From the NCBI GenBank assembly GCA_045536135.1, contig JAZSNA010000025.1, forward strand, positions 1 to 60,728: DNA of 60,728 nt. The letters run 5' to 3'. The translations under genes and the position numbers were made by a program. Origin of the DNA: Alphaproteobacteria bacterium (lineage in GTDB: Bacteria; Pseudomonadota; Alphaproteobacteria; CAAHEQ01; UBA3637). The notes under the pieces are model-generated. The model made no database searches and was not told the origin of the DNA. It saw nothing but the letters and a program-made list of their open reading frames with translations. Shown here in pieces: positions 20,845 to 33,509 of this stretch. The stretch's first letter is position 1; the number at the start of each line of letters is the position of its first letter.

Positions 20845-23055
20845 ATGACAGAACAAAAAATCATTCAATCCAGTTTAGCCAGCGCATTATCCGAACGTTA
20901 TTTGGCCTATGCCATGTCAACCATTGTTGCCCGTTCATTACCCGATGTTCGGGACGGTTTAAAACCCGTTCATCGACGTTTGCTTTATGCGATGAGAGCT
21001 TTAAAATTGGACCCAAATGCCGGTCCCAAAAAGTGTGCACGAGTCGTCGGAGATGTTATCGGTAAATATCACCCACATGGGGATGTGGCTGTTTATGAGG
21101 CTATGGTTCGTTTGGCACAGGATTTTGCAGTCCGTTATCCATTGGTCGATGGTCAAGGCAACTTCGGAAACATTGACGGAGATCGAGCGGCGGCTATGCG
21201 TTATACCGAAGCTCGATTGACAAACATTGCTCTATCTTTAATGGATGGTTTGGACGAAAATGCCGTCGATTTTAATGATACTTATGATGGTGCTGACAAG
21301 GAACCGTCCGTTATGCCATCCGCTTTCCCAAATTTATTGGCGAATGGTGCATCCGGTATCGCTGTGGGAATGGCAACGAATATTCCGCCTCATAATTTGG
21401 GCGAACTTTGTGATGCTTTGCTTTATTTAATTAAACATCCCGAAGCTTCTACGGAAAAATTGATGGATTTTGTTCAAGGACCGGACTTCCCCACCGGCGG
21501 ACTATTGTGTGAAAATAAAGAAACATTGATAAAAGCTTATACAACCGGACGAGGCTCTTTAAGAATCCGATCCAAGTGGGAAGTTGAAGATTTGGGACGC
21601 GGACAATATCAAATTATTGTCACTGAAATTCCATACGGTGTGGCAAAGTCGGATTTAATCAGTAAAATTGCCAAACTCATTATGGATAAAAAACTTCCTT
21701 TGCTGACGGATATTCGAGATGAATCAACCGAGAAAGTTCGAATTGTTTTGGAACCCAAAAACCGAACGGTTGATGCAAATGTTTTAATGGAATATTTATT
21801 TAATCATACCGATTTACAATCTCCATTTCATTTAAACATGAATGTCCTTGATGCAGACCATACGCCGAAGGTTATGTCTTTATCGGAAGTATTAACCGCC
21901 TTTTTAAAACATCGAATGGATGTTTTAATTCGGACTTCCCGTTTCAGATTGGATAACATTAATCATCGGATGGAAGTTTTGGAAGGTTTTTTAATTGCCT
22001 ATTTAAATCTGGACAGAATAATTGAAATTATCCGTTCCGAAGACGAACCAAAAGCGGTTATGATGAGTGAATTTAATTTGACCGATACGCAAGCGGAAGC
22101 AATTTTAAATATGAAATTGCGTTCGTTACGAAAACTCGAAGAAGAACAAATTAAACAAAACCATCAAACCCTTTTAGAGGAAAAAAAGATATTGGACGCT
22201 TTATTAAGTGATGAGGGATTGCGTTATCAAGCTCTTTCTTCTCAAATCAAAAAAATTCAATCGGCTTTCGGTCAAAAAACCCTCTTGGGCAAAAGACGCA
22301 CTTTATTGGCCGAAGCACCAACTGGTGTTGAAGTACCTATTGAGGCTTTAATCGAAAAAGAAGCCATTACTGTTGTTTTATCCAAAAAGGGATGGATCAG
22401 AGCTTTGAAAGGACATGTCGATATTTCGGATTGTAAATATAAAGAAGATGATTCATTATTACTTTCTGTTAAGGCTCAAACGACAGATAAAATTTTATTG
22501 TTTGCCGATAACGGACGTTTTTATACAATCTTAGGAAATAAAATTCCGGGCGGACGCGGATTTGGCGAACCCTTACGTTTATCTGTTGATTTGCCGGAAG
22601 AGGCTCAAATTATTACGATGATGATTTACCAGACGAATCAACAACTTTTATTGGCATCTCGAAAAGGAAAAGGATTTATTGTTAAAATCGAAGATGTTGT
22701 CGCCTCAACCCGAAGCGGTAAAGCCGTTATGAACTTGGCAAAAGACGATCAAGCCGTTTTATGTATTCCTGTCAATGGCAACCATATTGCCGTTATCGGA
22801 CAAAATCGGAAAATGTTGATATTTAAAGCAGATGAAGTTCCAACACTCACAAAAGGAAGTGGCGTTATTTTACAAAAATATGCCGGGGGCGGGTTATCCG
22901 ATTTATGTTTCTTTAATGCCGAAGAAGGATTGCCTTTTGCTTTCGGAAACGGAATTCGAATTGAACGGGATATTTTAATGTGGCTGGGACATCGTGCCGG
23001 TGTCGGCAAAATGCCTCCGGTTGGCTTCCCCAGAAGCAATCGGTTTAAGGGGTAA
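20845..23055 (+). CDS. parC: DNA topoisomerase IV subunit A
   Basis: [15 protein letters not shown] and the AAMRYTE catalytic Tyr region. At 736 aa with no recognisable GyrA box, it fits ParC rather than GyrA. Confidence 0.88.
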   Translation: MTEQKIIQSSLASALSERYLAYAMSTIVARSLPDVRDGLKPVHRRLLYAMRALKLDPNAGPKKCARVVGDVIGKYHPHGDVAVYEAMVRLAQDFAVRYPLVDGQGNFGNIDGDRAAAMRYTEARLTNIALSLMDGLDENAVDFNDTYDGADKEPSVMPSAFPNLLANGASGIAVGMATNIPPHNLGELCDALLYLIKHPEASTEKLMDFVQGPDFPTGGLLCENKETLIKAYTTGRGSLRIRSKWEVEDLGRGQYQIIVTEIPYGVAKSDLISKIAKLIMDKKLPLLTDIRDESTEKVRIVLEPKNRTVDANVLMEYLFNHTDLQSPFHLNMNVLDADHTPKVMSLSEVLTAFLKHRMDVLIRTSRFRLDNINHRMEVLEGFLIAYLNLDRIIEIIRSEDEPKAVMMSEFNLTDTQAEAILNMKLRSLRKLEEEQIKQNHQTLLEEKKILDALLSDEGLRYQALSSQIKKIQSAFGQKTLLGKRRTLLAEAPTGVEVPIEALIEKEAITVVLSKKGWIRALKGHVDISDCKYKEDDSLLLSVKAQTTDKILLFADNGRFYTILGNKIPGGRGFGEPLRLSVDLPEEAQIITMMIYQTNQQLLLASRKGKGFIVKIEDVVASTRSGKAVMNLAKDDQAVLCIPVNGNHIAVIGQNRKMLIFKADEVPTLTKGSGVILQKYAGGGLSDLCFFNAEEGLPFAFGNGIRIERDILMWLGHRAGVGKMPPVGFPRSNRFKG

Positions 23056-23118
23056 TCCCAAAATTGACTTTTTATCGTTTTTATGATATAATCGTCCCTA
23101 TCAAAGGAGGTTATAAAA

Positions 23119-23616
23119 ATGGAAAACTTAAAAAGATTATCAATTATCGGGGCATTAATCATATCATCTTATGCCATGGCACAAGAAAATCAATCCTCCC
23201 CCAAAAAAACTGAAAAAATGGGAACGGTTGAAAAAGCGGCCCGTGGTTATGCCGAATTTTCCGTTCGTTTTTTCAGCGAAGTCGGAGATACTATTGCCCG
23301 ACAAGTCGCGCCACATTTAAATATAAAAGTGCCACCACGTAAAGATGAAGCCCAACGCAATGAAGAATATAAAAAAGAAGCGAAAGATGTGATGGATGTT
23401 ATTGTCCCAGTCACAAAAGGTGTTCATACCAGTACTCAAAACATTTTAAACGGGAAAGAACCTAATGTCACATTGGAAGTCAAACGGGAATTAATTAAAC
23501 AGAAAATTGATAATCAACCAATACCTGATGAATATAAGATTCTCTTGAAAAAAACAACCCATCAAATGACAGAAAAACAATTGGATGTGTTAATCCATTC
23601 TCAAAAATCCAGATAA
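23119..23616 (+). CDS. secreted hypothetical protein
   Basis: Signal peptide (SYAMAQEN); K/E-rich; no recognised domain. Confidence 0.5.
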   Translation: MENLKRLSIIGALIISSYAMAQENQSSPKKTEKMGTVEKAARGYAEFSVRFFSEVGDTIARQVAPHLNIKVPPRKDEAQRNEEYKKEAKDVMDVIVPVTKGVHTSTQNILNGKEPNVTLEVKRELIKQKIDNQPIPDEYKILLKKTTHQMTEKQLDVLIHSQKSR

Positions 23617-24090
23617 TCAATCACCAATTTGAGCCACTTCATCCAAAGTGACCTCTGTGGGTTGGGGTGTCACATTTTCAACATTAAAATCAGACATAAT
23701 ATCTGAAATAATTTGTTCTGTTGTTTGGGGTTTTGTCGGGAACTCTACTTGGCCTTCACACTTTAAGACCCAAATATCATAAACCGGATCTTCCATTGCA
23801 GATAAGGCCGGTGAAGACGAAAACATCCAACCGTTAAATAATTCCTTCTCTTGATGAGACACTATTAAAAATGCCGCATTTTCGGGTGTTTCTTCCGGCG
23901 GATTTGCATAACAACTTTTTAAATGTATTTTTATTTTATTAAAAGTATAATCTTCCCCAACATTAATCGTAAAAGTCTTTGTCCGCCCCGTCACTTTATC
24001 CATCGCCTGAAATTGGCCGATTTTTTGAGGTATGGGGGCAGATAAAACGACACCGGACATCATTATAAATAACATTAAATACTTAATCAT
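23617..24090 (-). CDS. DUF2155-like periplasmic protein
   Basis: DKVTGRT..., PPEETPENAAFL, GWMFSSSPALSAMEDPVYDIWVLKC match my recollection of DUF2155; located next to the mlaD genes. Confidence 0.6.
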   Translation of the reverse strand: MIKYLMLFIMMSGVVLSAPIPQKIGQFQAMDKVTGRTKTFTINVGEDYTFNKIKIHLKSCYANPPEETPENAAFLIVSHQEKELFNGWMFSSSPALSAMEDPVYDIWVLKCEGQVEFPTKPQTTEQIISDIMSDFNVENVTPQPTEVTLDEVAQIGD

Positions 24091-24542
24091 TGAACATCAT
24101 CCTTTGTTGATAAAAAGATAAATTCCCCCACTTTATCTTCCAAAGATTTATAACTTTCCACAAATTTAAAATATTTACCATTTGTCAAATATTGATTAGA
24201 GTTGGTTGGCATAATTCGAACATATTTCCCACCCATAATACCAGAATCGGATATGATAATTTGGCTGTTATCCGGAATACGAATATTATCTTTAATAACC
24301 ATCGAAACATCCGCCATAAAAGTATCCATATTCAATTTAATATCTGCAACAGAACCGACTTTTATCCCATTAATCCGAACATCCGCACCGACTTCCAATC
24401 CGCCGATTTTATCAAAGGACGCATATAAAGTATAACCTTCAATCTTCTCAACATCAATTTTAGAAAAGGCAAAATATAAAAAATAACCCGTAAAAATTAA
24501 AACAAAAAAACCTAAAACAGCCTCAATTGGATTCTTTTTCAT
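24087..24542 (-). CDS. mlaD: MCE-domain protein MlaD
   Basis: N-terminal anchor plus MCE core (ASFDKIGGLEVGADVRINGIKVGSV). Confidence 0.8.
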   Translation of the reverse strand: MKKNPIEAVLGFFVLIFTGYFLYFAFSKIDVEKIEGYTLYASFDKIGGLEVGADVRINGIKVGSVADIKLNMDTFMADVSMVIKDNIRIPDNSQIIISDSGIMGGKYVRIMPTNSNQYLTNGKYFKFVESYKSLEDKVGEFIFLSTKDDVQ

Positions 24543-25014
24543 CTTGAACTCCTTTCTTTTGCCGCATAAAAGACAAAACTTTATTTAATATATCATCTAA
24601 AACAATAACATCTTGTGTATACATTATTGTTTCGTTTTCTTTTAAATTATCCTCGTTTCCACCGGGAGTTAAATCTATGACCTTCACTCCCAAAACGCCA
24701 TTTGTTTCAATTGCCGCAGATGAATCCGTCGGTATTTCAATCGAATTAAAAAAAGACAGAGTTAATCTTGCTTGTAATTTTTTAGTCAATTCCATTTGTG
24801 AAACATATCCGACTTCAATACCGGCATATCGAACCGGTGTACCGATCATAACACCATCCGCCTGTCTGAACATGGCATATAATTGGAAAGTCGGCGTTCT
24901 TTTTGAATCATATTTCATCATAAATATCAAAACAAGAAATATTGAAATCAGAACCACCAAAGCCCCAACAAAAACATTTTTTTGATATTCCGAACGATGA
25001 ACATTTTTTCTCAT
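24523..25014 (-). CDS. second MCE-domain (MlaD-like) protein
   Basis: AMFRQADGVMIGTPVRYAGIEVGYV MCE core; in tandem with the previous gene. Confidence 0.7.
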   Translation of the reverse strand: MRKNVHRSEYQKNVFVGALVVLISIFLVLIFMMKYDSKRTPTFQLYAMFRQADGVMIGTPVRYAGIEVGYVSQMELTKKLQARLTLSFFNSIEIPTDSSAAIETNGVLGVKVIDLTPGGNEDNLKENETIMYTQDVIVLDDILNKVLSFMRQKKGVQDEKESN

Positions 25015-25074
25015 AATTAAGAAATTTATATTCTTTTTGTTGTAAAGTCAATTTAAAAATCATATAATACACCT

Positions 25075-26346
25075 ATGTTAAAGTTTTTGGTTTTATTATT
25101 TTTTCCCTGTCTTGTTTATGCCAATATCAGCATCATTCGGGATACGGAATTGGAAGAGTACACATTATCCAATGTAAAAAAATTATTCTCCGCCGGCGGG
25201 TTGGATGAAAATGCCGCTCGGATCGTTTTTTTAAATGATCCGACTTTGAATGCTTTTGTGGCTGGCGGAAGTACCATTTTCATACACACGGGATTATTAG
25301 AAAAATCGGATAATCCGGATGAATTTTTCGGCGTTCTGGCCCACGAAACCGGACATATTGTTGCCGGACATACCGTCGGTTTACAACAAAAAGGGGCAGA
25401 AATGCAAAAAAATATCGCCATTACAACAATTTTAGGCGGATTAGCCGGCATTATTTCCGGACGACCGGATTTATCGATGGCTATCATCATGGGCGGAGTC
25501 GGAACTCATCAAAATTTTTTCAATACTTACCGTCAAAGCGAAGAAAATAGTGCGGATTCATTGGCTGTCTCGATTTCTCAAAAAGCCGGTTTTAATATTG
25601 ACGGTTTATTAAATATTATGCAGAAAATAAAAACAGAGGAGCAAATTTCTTTGGATCCAACCACTTCTGTTTTTAATCGGACACATCCGTTAACCAGTCA
25701 ACGAATCAATTTTTTAAAAAGTGCCGGCGCTCGAATAAAACCCAAAGAGAGTGATTTAAATTTTCGGTTAATTAAAGCTAAACTGGATGCTTTTTTAAAC
25801 GAACCGGACGATATTTTAAAAAAATACAATAATCAAGATGAAGGATTATATGCTCAAAGCATTGCTTATTTAAAAAAAGGCCATATTTCAAAGGCTATTG
25901 AAAAATTAAAAATATTAACCCAAAAATATCCTCAAAATCCGTTTTTTTATGAATTAATGGGGCAGATTTATTTAGAAACGGGATATATTCAAAAAGCCAT
26001 AAAACAATATGAAATTGCCATTGAGTTAAAACCACATTCACCCTTAATCCTTATCCCCTATGGACAGGCTTTAATCGAAAACAAGGAATATCAAAAAGCT
26101 TCCGTTATTCTCGGTCAGGCTTTGTTTTTGGATGACAATTTATTGGAAGGTTGGCGTTTATTAGAAAAATCATATACTTTGTCAAGCAATAAAGAAATGG
26201 CCTTATATGCATCAATCGAACTGTTATGGCGACAAAAAAAGTATTCAGAGGCTCTTCATAAAATAATCCTTTATGAAAAGTCTGGGTATAGGGCAAAAAA
26301 AATCCGGATTGAAGATATAAAAATTGACATTAAAAATAATTCATGA
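25075..26346 (+). CDS. M48 metalloprotease with TPR domain (BepA-like)
   Basis: Signal peptide, HETGHIVAGH zinc motif, C-terminal TPR-like repeats. Confidence 0.8.
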   Translation: MLKFLVLLFFPCLVYANISIIRDTELEEYTLSNVKKLFSAGGLDENAARIVFLNDPTLNAFVAGGSTIFIHTGLLEKSDNPDEFFGVLAHETGHIVAGHTVGLQQKGAEMQKNIAITTILGGLAGIISGRPDLSMAIIMGGVGTHQNFFNTYRQSEENSADSLAVSISQKAGFNIDGLLNIMQKIKTEEQISLDPTTSVFNRTHPLTSQRINFLKSAGARIKPKESDLNFRLIKAKLDAFLNEPDDILKKYNNQDEGLYAQSIAYLKKGHISKAIEKLKILTQKYPQNPFFYELMGQIYLETGYIQKAIKQYEIAIELKPHSPLILIPYGQALIENKEYQKASVILGQALFLDDNLLEGWRLLEKSYTLSSNKEMALYASIELLWRQKKYSEALHKIILYEKSGYRAKKIRIEDIKIDIKNNS

Positions 26347-26349
26347 TAG

Positions 26350-28134
<1,785 letters not shown>

Positions 28135-28148
<14 letters not shown>

Positions 28149-28482
28149 TTCACTTCAAGACAAAAGTGTTGAAAAAATTCTTATTCATAAAGCCAAAACA
28201 CTTCAAGATCGTCAAAACAAAGCCTTTTATATGAATGCCGGCGTTATCGGTATTTATGGGGGAAATATTATCATTCCCATCGTTTTGGGTTTAATCTTTG
28301 GGGGATATTTACAACAACATTTTCCCGTCGGAAAAATAAATTGGCGTATCAGTTGTATTTTTATTGGATTTGTTTTGGGATATATCAATGCTTCCCTTTG
28401 GATACATCGAGTTGCTTTTAAAGATTTCGATAATCAAAATAACCTTAAATCTAAATTACACAAGCGAGGAAAACATGTCTAA
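28135..28482 (+). CDS. atpQ: AtpQ (AtpI-like small membrane protein of N-ATPase operons)
   Basis: Two TM helices; called from its position in the operon. Confidence 0.6.
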
Positions 28483-28759
28483 TCTGCTTCAACCCGAATT
28501 AAATATCTTTAATGCTTTGTTTGTTTTTTTCAGTGCCATTATTTTATCTTGTTCATATTTTTATGTTCTGTTGCATAGTGTCAAAAAAATGAGCCAAAAG
28601 AAACATCCGATTTCTTTTATTCTGATTACCGGCATCCTCCGACTATCCGTCCTTTTCGGATGCTTGGTTATTATTGTCGGATCGAATATTTATAAGCTCA
28701 TCATTTTCAGTATCGTATTTTTCATTATCCGTTACATGTTTATCAAAAGGGAAAAGTAA
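28475..28759 (+). CDS. atpR: AtpR (N-ATPase-specific small membrane protein)
   Basis: The internal ATG at 28475 is preceded by GAGGA. Hydrophobic TM helices, with an Arg inside a hydrophobic segment (GILRLSVLFG). Confidence 0.6.
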   Translation: MSNLLQPELNIFNALFVFFSAIILSCSYFYVLLHSVKKMSQKKHPISFILITGILRLSVLFGCLVIIVGSNIYKLIIFSIVFFIIRYMFIKREK

Positions 28760-29455
28760 ATGGGAAAAAGTTTTGATCAAATTGTTCTTTTTAAAATCGG
28801 AAATATTCCCATTAATTCGACAATTTTTTGGACATGGATTATCATGGCGATTTTAACGATTTTATCGTATTTGATTACCCGAAAAATAAAACCGACTCTT
28901 TACCCTTCCAAATCACAAGCGTTATTGGAAATTTTTGTCTCTCTTTTACAAGGCGAAGTTCAAGAAATTTCCGGCGATTCTCAACCTCATAAATATATGG
29001 GGTTGGTTTGTAGTTTGTTTTTCTTTATTTTATTTGCCAATTTATTATCTGTTTTCCCTTATTATCAACCACCCACTGCATCTTTATCAACAACATTCGC
29101 CTGTGCCGGTATTGTTTTTTTAGCTATTCCGTATTTTGCCGTTAAAAATGCCGGCGTTAAAGCTTATTTTAAAAAATTTACCGACCCGACACCATTGATG
29201 CTTCCCATGAATGTCTTTTCAGATTGTTCTTCTACCATGGCGATGGCATTACGTCTTTACGGGAATATGTTTTCTGGTGTCTTATTTACAGAAATTTTAA
29301 TGATATTTTCACCTTTTATTTTGCCCTTACCGATTCAGATTTTAGGACTTTTAACCGGATCGATTCAGGCATATATTTTTGTTTTGTTGGCTGTTGTTTA
29401 TACATCCGGCGTCAGCCAACCCACACCAACGGATGTAATAATGAAAGGAAAATAA
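28760..29455 (+). CDS. atpB: N-type ATPase a subunit
   Basis: Conserved stator Arg region MALRLYGNMFSG; multi-TM. Confidence 0.85.
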   Translation: MGKSFDQIVLFKIGNIPINSTIFWTWIIMAILTILSYLITRKIKPTLYPSKSQALLEIFVSLLQGEVQEISGDSQPHKYMGLVCSLFFFILFANLLSVFPYYQPPTASLSTTFACAGIVFLAIPYFAVKNAGVKAYFKKFTDPTPLMLPMNVFSDCSSTMAMALRLYGNMFSGVLFTEILMIFSPFILPLPIQILGLLTGSIQAYIFVLLAVVYTSGVSQPTPTDVIMKGK

Positions 29456-29456
29456 A

Positions 29457-29726
29457 ATGGACGCAATGACAATTATTGGGGCTGCTTCGATTATTTCTGC
29501 CGGTTTATGTATCGCCATCGGTTCTTTTGCCGTCGCCATCGGGGAAGGCAATACCGCAGCAACGGCTTTATCTGCAATGGCTCAACAACCCGATGAGGCT
29601 AATCGGATACGATCAACTTTATTTGTCGCATTAGCGATGGTTGAAACATCTGCTCTTTATTGTTTGTTAATTACTTTTTTGATTTTGTATTCCAATCCGT
29701 TTTGGGATCATGTCATCGCAAAATAA
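29457..29726 (+). CDS. atpE: N-type ATPase c subunit
   Basis: Hairpin with a QQPD loop; ion-site residues E (IGEGN) in helix 1 and ETSxxY in helix 2. Confidence 0.9.
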   Translation: MDAMTIIGAASIISAGLCIAIGSFAVAIGEGNTAATALSAMAQQPDEANRIRSTLFVALAMVETSALYCLLITFLILYSNPFWDHVIAK

Positions 29727-29735
29727 AGGGCTATT

Positions 29736-30503
29736 ATGTCTGTCGATTTAATTACTTTATGTGCACAAATTTTAAATCTTTTGATTTTAATTTGGTTATT
29801 GAAAAAGTTTTTATATAAACCTGTTCTGTCAATTATTGAAGCCAGACAGAGTTATATAAAAGAACAATTAGATCATGCATCTCAAATGCAGGAGCAGGCA
29901 TTTAAAGCCCAAAAAGAATACCAAAATCAATTGGATTTGTTCGAAAAGGAAAAGCAAATTAAAATTCAAACCTTGAATGATGAAATGGAATTACAAAAAG
30001 AAAATCTTTTAAAAGATATTTCGTTGACCATTAAAGCGGAAAAAGATAAGTGGGCTCAAAATATTCTGAATCAGAAAAAGGATTTTGACGAACAATTATC
30101 TTCTTTAATCATTACTCAATTTAAGGTCTTGGCCGGTTCGGCTTTTTCGGAACTTGCATCCAGTTCATTACAAGCGGAAATGATACAACGTTTTAAAGAT
30201 GAATTTCATAAAAAAATCAAACAATCCCAAAAAGATATTCAATCCAAAATTCAGGGAGAAAAAATATCCATTACGGTTAATTATGCCATTAATTTAACCT
30301 CTAAGCAAAAAAATGACTTAAAGGATTTTTTAATAAATGAACTTGACTTCAAACAAATATTAGTTTCATTTAAACAAAATCCAAACCTGATTTGCGGCAT
30401 TGAAATACAAATCGGCGAACATCGAATACTTTGGGATTTAAAATCGTATTTACAACAATTTACAAATAACTTAAATGATAATATGACACAATTATTAAAA
30501 TAA
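29736..30503 (+). CDS. atpF: N-type ATPase b subunit with delta/OSCP-like C-terminal region
   Basis: N-terminal TM, long coiled coil, and a C-terminus NPNLICGIEIQIGEHRILWDLKSYL that resembles the delta-subunit C-terminus. Confidence 0.7.
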   Translation: MSVDLITLCAQILNLLILIWLLKKFLYKPVLSIIEARQSYIKEQLDHASQMQEQAFKAQKEYQNQLDLFEKEKQIKIQTLNDEMELQKENLLKDISLTIKAEKDKWAQNILNQKKDFDEQLSSLIITQFKVLAGSAFSELASSSLQAEMIQRFKDEFHKKIKQSQKDIQSKIQGEKISITVNYAINLTSKQKNDLKDFLINELDFKQILVSFKQNPNLICGIEIQIGEHRILWDLKSYLQQFTNNLNDNMTQLLK

Positions 30504-30512
30504 GGATCGGAT

Positions 30513-32024
30513 ATGTTTAAAAAAGCAACCAATAACGCGATTAAAACGATTGAAACAAGTATAAAACAAACAAAGGTTTCTCTGAAATCAAAAGAAGTCA
30601 GTTCGATTATGTCATTAACCGGCGGAACAGCCGTTTTATCCGGTTTATCAAATGTAGAAATGAATGAATTAATCGAATTTGATGGTGATGTTTTTGCAAT
30701 GGTTCAAACTCTTAATCCGGATAATGTTGGTGTTGTTTTTTTAAATTCGCCCAATTCACTTAAAGCTGGGGATCAAGGGGTTCGAACTCATCGGGTTGTT
30801 GACGTCCCTGTCGGAGATGAATTGCTGGGACGAATTATTAATCCGTTGGGACAAGTTTTAGATGGCGGGAAACCCATCGTTGTAAAAAAAACACTTCCGA
30901 TTGAACGCCCCGCTGCACCAATTATGGATCGTGCGCCCGTAGATACACCTCTTCAAACCGGTATCAAGGCCATTGACAGTTTTTCACCCATCGGGCGTGG
31001 TCAACGAGAGTTAATCTTGGGCGATCGTCAAACGGGGAAAACTGCTATCGCCATCGATACAATTTTAAATCAAAAAGGAAACGGTGTTATTTGTATTTAT
31101 TGTGCAATTGGACAACGAGAAGCCGGTATCGCTCGAATCGTATCCGAATTAAAAAAGCAGAATATTTTATCTCAATGTATTATTGTTTGTGCCAACGGAG
31201 AAGACGAAGCCGGCATGCAATATATTGCGCCCTATTCAGCAACATCCATTGGGGAATACTTTATGGAGCAGGGAAAAGATGTTTTAATCATTTATGATGA
31301 TTTAACAAATCATGCTCGTGCTTATCGCCAAATGTCATTATTATTGAAACGACCACCCGGACGGGAAGCTTTCCCGGGAGATGTTTTCTATATTCATTCT
31401 CGTTTATTAGAACGTTCCACAAAATTATGTGCCAGATTGGGGGGTGGATCTCTGACAGCTTTACCGATTGTATCTACCGAAGCCGGAAATTTATCAGCGT
31501 ATATTCCAACCAATATTATTTCCATTACGGACGGACAAATTTATCTGTCGACTTCTTTGTTTCAAAAGGGTCTTTTACCAGCAATTGAAACCGGACGAAG
31601 TGTTTCTCGTGTCGGCGGAGATGCTCAATTACCGGCTTACAGTAAATTAATCGGACCTTTAAAATTGTTTTACAATCAATTTGAAGAATTGGAATCTTTT
31701 TCAAAGTTTGGAACGGCTATGGATGAAAAAACTTTGGAAAAATTAAATCGTGGCCGTGCTATTCGAATGTTAATGACCCAACGTCAATATCAACCCATGA
31801 ATGTCGTTGATCAAATTGCCGTTATTTTAGCCGCCAATCATGGGTTATTTGATACATTTATCCCCGAGCAAATAACCAAGGGTCAAGAAATTATTTCACA
31901 GATTCTTCATTCCCAGTTCAAAAATATTATCACAAAAATACTCAATCGAGAAAAATTAAGCGAAGAAATGATTGAACAAATGATACATGAGTTCACCATC
32001 GGCTTAAAAGGAATTAAAAAATAA
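30513..32024 (+). CDS. atpA: N-type ATPase alpha subunit
   Basis: GDRQTGKTAI Walker A; alpha-type motifs. Confidence 0.9.
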   Translation: MFKKATNNAIKTIETSIKQTKVSLKSKEVSSIMSLTGGTAVLSGLSNVEMNELIEFDGDVFAMVQTLNPDNVGVVFLNSPNSLKAGDQGVRTHRVVDVPVGDELLGRIINPLGQVLDGGKPIVVKKTLPIERPAAPIMDRAPVDTPLQTGIKAIDSFSPIGRGQRELILGDRQTGKTAIAIDTILNQKGNGVICIYCAIGQREAGIARIVSELKKQNILSQCIIVCANGEDEAGMQYIAPYSATSIGEYFMEQGKDVLIIYDDLTNHARAYRQMSLLLKRPPGREAFPGDVFYIHSRLLERSTKLCARLGGGSLTALPIVSTEAGNLSAYIPTNIISITDGQIYLSTSLFQKGLLPAIETGRSVSRVGGDAQLPAYSKLIGPLKLFYNQFEELESFSKFGTAMDEKTLEKLNRGRAIRMLMTQRQYQPMNVVDQIAVILAANHGLFDTFIPEQITKGQEIISQILHSQFKNIITKILNREKLSEEMIEQMIHEFTIGLKGIKK

Positions 32025-32881
32025 TGACACTTGAAGCCTTAAAAAAACGCATTAAAACAACCACGGATTTAAGAAATATCGTATCAACGATGAAATCTTT
32101 GTCCTCGGTCAGTATCGTTGCGTATGAAAAGGCTCAAATTTCATTAACGGATTATATTCAGAATATTTGGAACGGTTTTTTAATTCTTGATAAAAATAAA
32201 GCCCTTCGCATTCCGAAAGTTGAACCATCCGATCAGGCCTTAGCCATTATTATCGGTTCGGATAACGGATTGGTCGGTCGATTTAATAAAGAAATTATTT
32301 CTTTCGCCCAAAAAGAATTACAAGATTTTAAAACATCTTATATTACCGTTGGTCGACGTATTGCATCTTTGATGCTTAATGAAAAAAATATCATCGCCAA
32401 ATATCCGATATCTAATTCTATCAAAGAAACGGCTAATATCAGTTTGGCTATTTTGAAAAATATTCCTCAAATAAAAGAAAATAAAAAATTACCATCTGTT
32501 TTTGTTTTTTATCACGAACATATCTCCGGACAACCGGTATCTTGTCAAAAAACACAACTTTTGCCATTTTCGCAATCCATTTTAAATCCGATAAAAAGTA
32601 TGAAATGGGACGGGCGAAGCTGGCCTTGTTTTAAAATTGATTCCAATATTTTGCTTTTATCGTTAATACAAGAATATATCGGAATAACTTTAGACAGTGC
32701 TTTAATCAAATCGCTGGCTGCCGAACATTATATTCGCATGATTAATATGCAAAATGCCGAGAAAAACATTGACGAACGTTTATATGAAATGAATTTAAAA
32801 TATCAACAAAAAAGACAGGAAAACATTACCGATGAACTCATCGATATCGTTTCCGCTTCACAAGCCATGAGGAAAAAATGA
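32024..32881 (+). CDS. atpG: N-type ATPase gamma subunit
   Basis: N- and C-terminal helices typical of gamma (ITDELIDIVSAS). Confidence 0.85.
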   Translation: MTLEALKKRIKTTTDLRNIVSTMKSLSSVSIVAYEKAQISLTDYIQNIWNGFLILDKNKALRIPKVEPSDQALAIIIGSDNGLVGRFNKEIISFAQKELQDFKTSYITVGRRIASLMLNEKNIIAKYPISNSIKETANISLAILKNIPQIKENKKLPSVFVFYHEHISGQPVSCQKTQLLPFSQSILNPIKSMKWDGRSWPCFKIDSNILLLSLIQEYIGITLDSALIKSLAAEHYIRMINMQNAEKNIDERLYEMNLKYQQKRQENITDELIDIVSASQAMRKK

Positions 32882-33477
32882 AATATTTATTCTTATTTCT
32901 AATGTTAACAAATTTGGTTTGGGCAGATATTGCCCCTTCATTAAACACCACAGAAAATCAAAAGATACTTCAAAAAGTGGAACAAGCGTTATCTTCTTTA
33001 ACAACCCTTAAAAGTCGTTTTTCGCATTATTCAACTGCCGAAAAAGATTTCATTCAAAGTGGTGAATTTTATTTAAAAAAACCAAATCAAATGCGCTTAA
33101 TTTATGATAAACCGTCTGAAATTGAATTTTTGGCTGATGGAAAATATTTTATTTATATTGATAAATCAATTGATCAAATCAGCGGTTTCCCCATCGAAGA
33201 AACTCCCGCAGCAATTCTTTTAAAAGAAAATTTTAAATTTTCGGATCCAGAATTTATGGTGACAGATATTCAAAAGCAATTTGAAGAATACCACATTACG
33301 GCGATCAAAAAAGACCATCCGGAATTTGGGCAATTAACATTAATTACTTCGGAAAATCCGGTTTCTTTAAAACAATGGATATTAATTGATGCCAAAAAAA
33401 TAAAAACAAATGTTGCTTTGTTCGAGATTGAAGAAGGAATTAATCTTTCTCCTGATCTGTTTGTTTTGAAACCTTGA
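32878..33477 (+). CDS. lolA: LolA-like outer-membrane lipoprotein carrier
   Basis: Signal peptide; LKSRFSH...GEFYLKKPNQMRLIYDKP pattern; ATGA overlap with atpG. Confidence 0.65.
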   Translation: MKYLFLFLMLTNLVWADIAPSLNTTENQKILQKVEQALSSLTTLKSRFSHYSTAEKDFIQSGEFYLKKPNQMRLIYDKPSEIEFLADGKYFIYIDKSIDQISGFPIEETPAAILLKENFKFSDPEFMVTDIQKQFEEYHITAIKKDHPEFGQLTLITSENPVSLKQWILIDAKKIKTNVALFEIEEGINLSPDLFVLKP

Positions 33478-33502
33478 CTTTTTGAAGGTTTTATGCTATA
33501 AA
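33474..33502 (+). promoter_or_regulatory. sigma70-like promoter TTGACT-N17-TATAAA
   Basis: The -10 ends 7 nt before the ATG at 33510, the same geometry as at 5042/5050. Confidence 0.45.
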
Positions 33503-33509
33503 TAGCTTT

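Noticed and set aside
28364-28474. Upstream start (28364) for the atpR-like ORF
   Set aside because: It would overlap atpQ by 119 nt. The ATG at 28475 has a GAGGA RBS and yields a compact all-membrane protein.
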